From Anaeromyxobacteraceae bacterium (GTDB lineage: Bacteria > Myxococcota > Myxococcia > Myxococcales > Anaeromyxobacteraceae), in NCBI GenBank assembly GCA_047602405.1, contig JASGHJ010000001.1, positions 288,001 through 352,000 of the forward strand: a stretch of DNA of 64,000 nt, given 5' to 3'. Position numbers and translations under genes: made by a program. Below, piece after piece: positions 56,816 through 64,000 of the stretch. The notes under the pieces were generated by a model. The model had not been told where the DNA came from. It did not search any database and saw only the letters and a program-made list of their open reading frames with translations. The first letter of the stretch is position 1, and every line of letters starts with the position of its first letter.

Positions 56816-57733
56816 CTACTCCGGCAGCGCGAGCTCGAGCGTCAGCCCGTCGGAGGCGACCTCGATCGGGCCCCCGAACTCCTCCCGGGCCTGCTCGAGC
56901 AGGGGCTGCCACTCGCGATCGTAGCGGGTGGAGAGGTGCGTGAGGACGAGCTTCGCCGCGCCCGCCTCGCGCGCCACCCGCGCCGCCTCCCGGGCGGTCG
57001 AGTGGAAGGTCTCGACGGCGCGGGGCGCCTCGGCGTCGCCGAAGGTGGTGTCGTGGACGAGGACGTCGGCGCCGCGCGCCGCCTCGACCGTGCCCGCGCA
57101 GGGGCGCGTGTCGCCGGAGAGCACGAGGCGCCGGCCGCGGCGGGGCGGGTCCACCACGGCGGTCGCCTCGACCACCCGGCCGTCCGGCAGCGTCACCGCC
57201 CGGCCGCGCTGGAGCTCGCCGTACGCGGGCCCCGCGGGGACGCCCAGCGCGGCGGCCTGCTCGGGGTGGAACCGCCCGGGCCGGTCGTCCTCCACGAGCG
57301 CCCACCCGAGCGACGGGGTGCGGTGGTCGGTCTGGAAGGCGCGCAGCTCGCAGCCGTCGCGCCGGATCGGCTGGCCCGCCTCGACCTCGTGGATGCGGAC
57401 CTCGAAGGCGAGCCGCTCGGTGCCGGTGAAGAGCATGACGTCGAGGAGCCGGCGCGCGGGGCGCGGCCCGTACAGGTCGAGGGGCTCGGTGCGCCCGCCC
57501 ATCGAGAGCGTGCGCAGGAAGCCGATGGCGCCGAGGTAGTGGTCGGCGTGGAAGTGGGTGAAGAAGATCGCCGCGACGTCGAACCCGGTGCCGTACCGGA
57601 TCATCTGGCGCTGGGTCCCCTCCCCGCAGTCCACGAGGAAGAGCTCGCGCTCCCGGCGCACGGCGTGGCCGGTGAGGTTCCGGTGGATGGTCGGCTGCGC
57701 GGCCGAGGTGCCGAGGAAGGTGAGGCGGAGCAT
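56816..57733 (-). CDS. rnz: Ribonuclease Z
   Basis: FLGTSAAQP, DCGEGTQRQ, THFHADH, SGDTRP, HST, LTHLSTRY. Confidence 0.93.
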   Translation of the reverse strand: MLRLTFLGTSAAQPTIHRNLTGHAVRRERELFLVDCGEGTQRQMIRYGTGFDVAAIFFTHFHADHYLGAIGFLRTLSMGGRTEPLDLYGPRPARRLLDVMLFTGTERLAFEVRIHEVEAGQPIRRDGCELRAFQTDHRTPSLGWALVEDDRPGRFHPEQAAALGVPAGPAYGELQRGRAVTLPDGRVVEATAVVDPPRRGRRLVLSGDTRPCAGTVEAARGADVLVHDTTFGDAEAPRAVETFHSTAREAARVAREAGAAKLVLTHLSTRYDREWQPLLEQAREEFGGPIEVASDGLTLELALPE

Positions 57734-57773
57734 CGTCGGTCCCGAGGATACCGCGGCTTCGTGAAAACGGCCC

Positions 57774-58562
57774 TCAGCCCGCCGCCGAGGTGTACCGGCC
57801 GATGGAGCGCAGCCAGATGGCGCGCGCCAGCGCCGTGAACACGGCGGCCCCGCCGAGCGCGAGGAGCCCCTGCGCCGGCGCGAGCCGCCCGAGGAGCGCG
57901 CGGGCCGGGAAGGTGGTCATGAGCGCGAGCGGGATCACGACGGTGAAGAGCACCTTGAGCCCGCCCTTGAAGACGTCGGCCGGCCAGCGGGCGGCGTCGT
58001 AGATCGAGAGGAAGAGGAAGGAGAGGTTGTCGATCTTCACCACGTAGAAGGCGGCGGAGATGACGACGATCCAGAGCGCGTAGAGGATGGCCGTCGCGGC
58101 CACCAGCAACACGAGCGCGCCCGCGATCTCGGCCGGCCCCGGCGCGCGGCCCAGGCGGTGGAACGCGAAAGCCATGATCGCCACGCCGGAGAGCACGTCC
58201 ATGATCCGCCAGGGCGCGAACTTCGCGGTCGAGACGAGGAACTGCGCGTCGGCGGGCTTCATGAGCACGAAGTCGAGGGTGCCCTTCCGGATGTGCTCGA
58301 CCACCGAGGCGAGCGACGGGTTCACCGCGCCCTCCAGGATGCCCTTCATGAGCACGAACCAGCCCATGACCACGAGCGCCTCGTCGAAGCTCCACCCCGC
58401 GACCGCGTCGCGCTGCCCGTACACGACGAGGAGCGGCACCACCGCCTGCCCCGCCCAGAAGACCGACATCGCGCCCTGCACGAGGAAGTCGACGCGGTAG
58501 GCGAGGCCCACCGTGAGGGAGGCCCGGACCTGGATGCCGAGGAGCCTGAGGTAGCGGAGCAT
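57774..58562 (-). CDS. ABC-2 family transporter permease
   Basis: GWSF, IRKGTLDFVLMKP, multiple TM helices, C-terminal RYTSAAG. Confidence 0.88.
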   Translation of the reverse strand: MLRYLRLLGIQVRASLTVGLAYRVDFLVQGAMSVFWAGQAVVPLLVVYGQRDAVAGWSFDEALVVMGWFVLMKGILEGAVNPSLASVVEHIRKGTLDFVLMKPADAQFLVSTAKFAPWRIMDVLSGVAIMAFAFHRLGRAPGPAEIAGALVLLVAATAILYALWIVVISAAFYVVKIDNLSFLFLSIYDAARWPADVFKGGLKVLFTVVIPLALMTTFPARALLGRLAPAQGLLALGGAAVFTALARAIWLRSIGRYTSAAG

Positions 58563-58568
58563 CTCTCG

Positions 58569-59366
58569 CTAGCCTCCGAAGGCGCCGAAGCGCCGGACCC
58601 CGGCGCGCCAGGAGAGCGCCGCCGCGACCCCCAGCCCGGCGATCCACGCGGCCTGCAGCCCGAGCAGCCGGAGCGCGTCGGCGCGGGTCAACAGGCCCAC
58701 CGCGAGCTCCACGGGGAACGCGAGCATGTACCGGAACGGCAGCCAGGAGGCCGCGCCGGCGAGCCAGCCGGGGAAGAACTCGAGCGGCAGGAGGTAGCCC
58801 GAGAGCAGCATGTAGAGCCCGAGCCAGATCTCGAAGAGCGCGGTCGAGTTGTCGATGCGGAACGCGAAGGAGCCGATCACCGCCATCGCGAGGAAGGTGA
58901 TGGCCCAGCCGCCCATCACCGCGACCGGGAACAGCGCGAGGAGGAGCGGGTCGTGGGTGAAGTGCTCGGGCCCGGCGGCGAGCACGGCGCCCGCCACGAT
59001 CGGCAGGGTGATGAGCCACCGCATGGGCATCGTGCCGACGTTCGAGGCGGCCCACCCGACGAGCGGGTGGATGGGCCGGACCAGCCGGTAAGACAGGGTG
59101 CCCTGCCGGATCTCGAAGTTGATCTCCCAGATCACCCAGGCGCCGGCGGCGAGCCGCACGACCAGCGCGGCGAGGTAGTAGGCCGCGAACTCCGCCTGCC
59201 CGAACCGGCCCACCGGGGCCTCGCGCGCGATCGCCGACATGAGCGCGAGCATCACGAGCGGCATCGTGGTGGAGAGCAGCCAGACGATCATCTCCGCCCG
59301 GTACGCGATGGACTCGGCGAGGCCGACGCGCAGGAGCGTGGGGAGGGCGCGGAGGGTGCGGTGCAC
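58569..59366 (-). CDS. ABC-2 family transporter permease
   Basis: AYRAE, EIRQGTLSYRLVRP, SGYLLPLEFFP, LPF; likely GTG start at 59366. Confidence 0.88.
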   Translation of the reverse strand: MHRTLRALPTLLRVGLAESIAYRAEMIVWLLSTTMPLVMLALMSAIAREAPVGRFGQAEFAAYYLAALVVRLAAGAWVIWEINFEIRQGTLSYRLVRPIHPLVGWAASNVGTMPMRWLITLPIVAGAVLAAGPEHFTHDPLLLALFPVAVMGGWAITFLAMAVIGSFAFRIDNSTALFEIWLGLYMLLSGYLLPLEFFPGWLAGAASWLPFRYMLAFPVELAVGLLTRADALRLLGLQAAWIAGLGVAAALSWRAGVRRFGAFGG

Positions 59367-59425
59367 GGCGGGCCGTAAGTTAACGCGGGGCGTCGCCGCG
59401 CGCACCCTGGTATCCTGCGCCGCAC

Positions 59426-60244
59426 ATGGCCAAGGCCGAGACGAACGCGATCGTGACGCAGCGTATCGACGCCGCCCCGGGGCTGATGATCCTGCGGGTG
59501 GCGCCCGACGGGTGGAAGCTCCCCGACTTCGCGCCCGGCCAGTTCGCGGTGCTGGGCCTGCCCGGGAAGGCGCCGCGCGTCCAGCTCTCCGATCCGGAGG
59601 AGAAGCCCGCCGAGCCGGACAAGATGATCCGGCGCGCCTACTCCATCGCGTCGTCGTCGCTGTCGCGCGACCACCTCGAGTTCTTCGTGACGCTCGTGCG
59701 CTCGGGCGAGCTCACCCCGCGGATCTTCGCGCTGGGGGCGGGCGACCGCATCTGGCTCGGCCCGAAGATCACCGGCACGTTCACGCTCAAGGACGTGCCG
59801 GAGGGCAAGGACGTCGTGATGGTCGCGACCGGCACCGGGCTCGCGCCGTACATGTCGATGCTCCGCACCGAGCTCTCGAGCGGGAAGCCGCGGCGCTGGG
59901 CGGTGCTCGCCGGCGCGCGGCACTCGTGGGACCTCGCCTACCAGGCCGAGCTCATCACGATGGCGCGGCTCATGCCCCGCTTCTCCTACCTGCCCTGCGT
60001 CTCCCGGCCGAAGGAGGAGCCCGCCCCGTGGAGCGGCGCCGCCGGCTACGTGCAGTCGCTCTGGACCGGCGGTGCGCTCGAGCAGGCCCTCGGGCGCAGG
60101 CCCACCCCGGCCGACACGCACGTCCTCCTGTGCGGTAACCCCGGGATGATCGACGACATGTGCAAGGTCCTGACCGCGGACGGCTTCGTGGAGCACGACC
60201 CGAAGGGGCAGCCCGGCCAGATCCACGTCGAGCGGTACTGGTGA
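59426..60244 (+). CDS. fpr: Ferredoxin-NADP(+) reductase
   Basis: RAYSIAS, GELTPR, ATGTGLAP, LCGNPGMI, C-terminal ERYW. Confidence 0.9.
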   Translation: MAKAETNAIVTQRIDAAPGLMILRVAPDGWKLPDFAPGQFAVLGLPGKAPRVQLSDPEEKPAEPDKMIRRAYSIASSSLSRDHLEFFVTLVRSGELTPRIFALGAGDRIWLGPKITGTFTLKDVPEGKDVVMVATGTGLAPYMSMLRTELSSGKPRRWAVLAGARHSWDLAYQAELITMARLMPRFSYLPCVSRPKEEPAPWSGAAGYVQSLWTGGALEQALGRRPTPADTHVLLCGNPGMIDDMCKVLTADGFVEHDPKGQPGQIHVERYW

Positions 60245-60306
60245 CCCCTTGCCCCACGTTCGTGGGCGACGACGGGCCACGCGTCTCGCATAGACTCGCC
60301 GGTCGC

Positions 60307-60741
60307 ATGTCCGCCTGGACGCCCGCGCTCCTCATCGGCCATCCGCTCATCGACGACCAGCACCGCGAGATCTTCGCCCGCGTGGAGCGGCTGCGCGAGG
60401 CGATGGAGCGCGGCGACGCGACCGAGGTGACGCGGATGCTCGACTTCCTCGGCCGCTACGTGGTGGAGCACTTCTCCGCCGAGGAGGCGGTGATGGCCTC
60501 CTCGCGCTTCCCGCGGCACGACGCGCACCGCGCGCAGCACGCGAACTTCGTCCGCGAGTGGGTGGCGCTCAAGCAGGCCGTGGCGCCGCGCGGCCCGAAC
60601 CCGGGGCTCGCCGCCGAGCTGCACGCGTGGCTGGTCTCGTGGCTCACCCGGCACATCGCGGGCTCGGACGTCCAGCTCGCGCAGCACCTCGCCGCCGAGG
60701 CGGGGCGCGCACCGCCGGTCACAACCCCAGGAGCTTCATGA
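60307..60741 (+). CDS. Bacteriohemerythrin
   Basis: IGHPLIDDQH, EHFSAEE, HRAQH, WLTRHIAGSD. Confidence 0.9.
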   Translation: MSAWTPALLIGHPLIDDQHREIFARVERLREAMERGDATEVTRMLDFLGRYVVEHFSAEEAVMASSRFPRHDAHRAQHANFVREWVALKQAVAPRGPNPGLAAELHAWLVSWLTRHIAGSDVQLAQHLAAEAGRAPPVTTPGAS

Positions 60742-62224
60742 GCCGCGCCTGCATGGCGCGCTTGCGCTTCTCGTCCGGGCAGGTCTCCATCGCACGGGCC
60801 CACGCCTCGCGCGCCGAGCTCTGGAACCCGAGCGCCTCGTAGGTCTGCGCGAGCATGACGTGCGCGGCGTCGACGTCGGGCCTCAGCTCGGCGGAGCGGG
60901 CGAGCTCGGCGGTGGCCTCGAAGAGGAGCCCCATCTTCGAGAGCGCGGCGCCCAGGAAGAAGTGCGCCTCGGCCGAGAGGTCGTCGCGCGCGACCGCCTG
61001 CCGGAGCAGCGCGACCGCCTCCTCGAGCCGGCCCGCCCTCACGAGCGCCGCGCCCTGCTTCCAGGAGTGCGCCGCGGCGGCCCGCGCCGCGGGATCCCCC
61101 GCCTCGTCCACCGCGCCGATGAGGAGGAGCTTCGCGCTCCGGAGCACCTCCTCCGGCCGGTAGGGCTTCTCGAGGAAGGCGTCGGCCCCGAAGGCGACCT
61201 TCGCGTCGGCGGCGACCGTGCCGCGGTGGACGCCGGAGGTGAGCACCACCCGGGTCGGGCGGAGCAGCGGGTCGCCCTTCACCGCGCGGCACACCTCGAA
61301 GCCGGCCATCATCGGCATCATGGCCTCGAGCGCCACGAGGTCGGGCCGCGCCTCGCGCACGATGTCGAGGGCGGCGCGCCCGTTCGCGGCCTGCAGCACC
61401 GTGCAGCCGAGCTTGCCGAGGAGCGACACCAGCTCCTCGCGGGTCTCGGTGGTCGGGTCGGCCACGAGCGCGAGGCGCCCGGCGCCGACGCCCTGCAGCC
61501 GGACGGTGGTGGAGCCGGTGAGGGGCGGCGGCGGGGGCGGCGCGTGGGCCGCCGGCCGCTCGCGGCGGGCGGGCGTGGGCGCCGAGAAGGGCGTCTCCTC
61601 GATGGGCTCGAGGAGCCCCTCGACGACCTGCTGCTGCTCGCCGATGGCGATGAGCTCGAGGGTGTCTCCCGGGAGGAGCTCGGGGAGCTCGATCGCGCTC
61701 GTCCGCTCCTCGCGCTTGCGCGTCCCGTGCACGACGCCGACCCACGCCGCGGTGGGGTCGGGGAGCGCGGGCGCGGCGGCGCCGCGGACGGCGAGGCCGC
61801 CGCGGGCCTTCTCGCGCAGGAGCGCGTCGAGCACCCGCTCCATCGCGGCCGGCACCGCCGCGTAGCGCAGCACCTTGCGGTTCGTGACGAAGCGGAGCTC
61901 GTCGGCGAGGACGTGGTCCTCCGGGTCCGCCATCGCGAGCACCATCTCGGCCTTGCCGACCGAGACCGGCAGGACCCGGCGCTGCCGGCAGTAGCCGGGC
62001 GCCACGACGGTGAGGTTCGCGACGGGCACGACCGACTTCGAGAAGTCGACCGCCGGGCAGCCGAAGTAGTCGGCGAGCGCGCGGGCCAGCGCGCCCTCCT
62101 CGGCGAGGCCGAGGCGCAGCGCCGCGGACGGCATGTCGCCGTCGCTCGCCGCCGCCAGCGCGCGCGCGAGCGTGTCGCGCGAGAGCGCGCCGTGCTTCAC
62201 GAGCAGGGCCGGCAAGTCGTTCAT
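60719..62224 (-). CDS. MshEN/T2SSE_N + receiver + TPR multidomain protein
   Basis: RVLPV...LAMADP...DELRF; receiver with ALE at the phosphosite and EKPY; C-terminal TPR helices. Confidence 0.75.
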   Translation of the reverse strand: MNDLPALLVKHGALSRDTLARALAAASDGDMPSAALRLGLAEEGALARALADYFGCPAVDFSKSVVPVANLTVVAPGYCRQRRVLPVSVGKAEMVLAMADPEDHVLADELRFVTNRKVLRYAAVPAAMERVLDALLREKARGGLAVRGAAAPALPDPTAAWVGVVHGTRKREERTSAIELPELLPGDTLELIAIGEQQQVVEGLLEPIEETPFSAPTPARRERPAAHAPPPPPPLTGSTTVRLQGVGAGRLALVADPTTETREELVSLLGKLGCTVLQAANGRAALDIVREARPDLVALEAMMPMMAGFEVCRAVKGDPLLRPTRVVLTSGVHRGTVAADAKVAFGADAFLEKPYRPEEVLRSAKLLLIGAVDEAGDPAARAAAAHSWKQGAALVRAGRLEEAVALLRQAVARDDLSAEAHFFLGAALSKMGLLFEATAELARSAELRPDVDAAHVMLAQTYEALGFQSSAREAWARAMETCPDEKRKRAMQARLMKLLGL

Positions 62225-62272
62225 CCGCGCCGATGCTAGCCCGGCTCGGTCGTGGGGGGAAACCTACGGCCG

Positions 62273-62319
62273 GCCCCTCGTCTCCGGCGCCGCGAGGCGC
62301 GGCGCCTACGCTCGGGGCG
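62273..62319 (-). repeat. REP-like palindromic repeat, copy 3
   Basis: CGCCCCGAGCGTAG-GCGCCGCG-CCT-CGCGGCGC-CGGAGACGAGGGGC; different stem sequence, pairing preserved. Confidence 0.7.
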
Positions 62320-62361
62320 TACGGGCGGGCGTCCCCACGGCTGCTCGGCCGGCGGTCCGGA

Positions 62362-63360
62362 TCACATCTCCGGCTTCGTCTCCCGCATCATGAGCTGGGT
62401 CACCGCCTCGCGCGGCGGGACGCGCTCGTAGAGCACCCGGTGGACCATGTCGGTGATCGGCATGTCGACCTCGAGCCGCTTCGCGAGCTCGAGGGCGCTC
62501 TTCGCGTTGCGCACGCCCTCGGCGACCTGGCCGAGCTCGGCCTGGATCTGCTCGGCGGTCTTGCCCGCGGCGAGGCCGCGGCCGACGGTCCGGTTGCGGG
62601 ACAGGTCGGAGGAGCAGGTGAGGACGAGGTCGCCGAGGCCGGCGAGCCCGGAGAGGGTGAGCGGGTTCGCGCCCTTGCGGACCGCGAGGCGGGTGATCTC
62701 GGCGAGGCCGCGGGTGATGAGCGCGGCGAGCGCGTTCGCGCCGAAGCCGAAGCCGTCGGAGATGCCGGCGGCGATGGCCACCACGTTCTTCACGCACCCG
62801 CCGATCTCGCACCCGACCACGTCGCCGGAGGTGTAGGGGCGGAAGTACTTCGAGTGGAAGGCGTCCTGCACCTGCTTCGCGACGCGCTCCCAGCGGGCGG
62901 CCACGGTCACCGCGGTGGGCAGCCCCTTCGCGACCTCCTTCGCGAACGAGGGGCCGGAGAGCACGGCGAGGTACGGGTGGAGCGGGACGGGCAGCACGTC
63001 CTCGAGCACCTCGCTCATCGTCATGAGCGTCTCGAGCTCGATGCCCTTCGCGACGCAGACGATCGGCACGCCCGCGTGGACGTGCCGCTTCGCCTCGATG
63101 GCGACCGGCCGGATCGCGTGGGAGGGGACCGCGAGCACCACGAGCTCGGCGCCCTCGAGCGCCTTCGCGACGTCGCCGCTCGCGTGGAGCGTGGGCGGCA
63201 GGGTGGCGCCGGGCAGGTACCGCTCGTTGCGGTGATGCTTCGCGATGTCCTCGAGCACGGCCTGGTCCTTGTCCCAGGCGGTGACGGTGTAGCCCTTCCC
63301 GGCGAGGTTCGAAGCGAGCGCGGTCCCCCAGGACCCGGCGCCGAGCACGGTGCAACGCAT
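62362..63360 (-). CDS. gpsA: NAD(P)H-dependent glycerol-3-phosphate dehydrogenase
   Basis: [44 protein letters not shown]. Confidence 0.96.
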   Translation of the reverse strand: MRCTVLGAGSWGTALASNLAGKGYTVTAWDKDQAVLEDIAKHHRNERYLPGATLPPTLHASGDVAKALEGAELVVLAVPSHAIRPVAIEAKRHVHAGVPIVCVAKGIELETLMTMSEVLEDVLPVPLHPYLAVLSGPSFAKEVAKGLPTAVTVAARWERVAKQVQDAFHSKYFRPYTSGDVVGCEIGGCVKNVVAIAAGISDGFGFGANALAALITRGLAEITRLAVRKGANPLTLSGLAGLGDLVLTCSSDLSRNRTVGRGLAAGKTAEQIQAELGQVAEGVRNAKSALELAKRLEVDMPITDMVHRVLYERVPPREAVTQLMMRETKPEM

Positions 63361-63676
63361 CACGTCCTCCTCGTTGCTGCGGACTGCGAGGCTCGCCGAC
63401 TGCGGAGTCGCTGACTTCCACGTCAAAGGCTCGTTGACCGCATCCTAAGCCCGGTGCCCGTCCGGCGAGCAGCGGAAAGGTGAGACCCGGAGGACCGGCC
63501 GTCCGGGCGAGCGCCCGCCTTCCTCGCGCTGCGTCAAAGGGTGTGCCCTGACCCCCGGGCAGGTGTCCCGGCATCACGGTGCGTGATGGATGCGCCGTTC
63601 GTGACACGTATCACCGACCCGGCCGGCCCGAGGACCCGATGCTCCCCCGGTCGTCCGCCTCCGGAGGTCTCGCCCC

Positions 63677-64000
63677 ATGCGCCGTGCCGCTGGTCTCGCC
63701 GTCGCCCTGGCCGTGCTCTCGTCGTCGTGCTCGACCAAGGTCGATCCCACGAACCCGTGGGACGCCGACACCCCCGGCCCGCAGCAGCAGAAGGCCCGCA
63801 TCGAAGGCGTCGTGCGGCTCGGCGGGGCGCCCACGGCGTTCGTGCAGGTGCGCCTGAGGCAGAACGGCGCGCCGGTCGACCAGGCGGTCACGCTCGCCGA
63901 CGGCACCTTCGTGTTCGGCAACCTCCAGCCCGGCACCTACGTCGTCGAGACCGAGCGCACCGGGTACCAGAAGTACGTGTACCCGGTGGCGCTCGCCGCG
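63677..64000 (+). CDS. Lipoprotein with a carboxypeptidase-regulatory-like (CarboxypepD_reg) domain, truncated by the window end
   Basis: GGAGG RBS, lipobox SSSC, T.ADGTFVFGNLQPGTYVV...GY. Confidence 0.65.
   Translation, partial: MRRAAGLAVALAVLSSSCSTKVDPTNPWDADTPGPQQQKARIEGVVRLGGAPTAFVQVRLRQNGAPVDQAVTLADGTFVFGNLQPGTYVVETERTGYQKYVYPVALAA

Overview
Very GC-rich bacterial window whose gene content (selA/selB, MtrC/OmcA-type cytochromes, MshEN-receiver-TPR protein, fadIJ, many two-component systems) fits an Anaeromyxobacter-like member of Myxococcota; the taxon is inferred. Left to right it holds: a PLP aminotransferase; a DUF222-like/HNH gene; an acylase-lipase-FadL operon; selB with a sigma54 two-component system; a TA module; stand-alone nuoL-M-N; selA; a mirror-symmetric cassette of two convergent four-helix-bundle (IVS/Avd-like) genes, each with a conserved ~130-nt hairpin leader and an outer hexamer repeat; four tandem decaheme lipoprotein cytochromes with collagen-like stalks and a shared promoter motif; fadJ/fadI; an intact IS630; and housekeeping genes (rnz, fpr, gpsA, ABC-2 transporter, pirin, hemerythrins). 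Seven single-base frameshifts in six genes look like long-read errors. No rRNA, tRNA (including selC) or CRISPR array was seen. The best novelty candidates are the four-helix-bundle/hairpin-RNA cassette (28257-29708) and the cytochrome array (31469-44308). All product calls come from motif recognition by eye; no searches were run.
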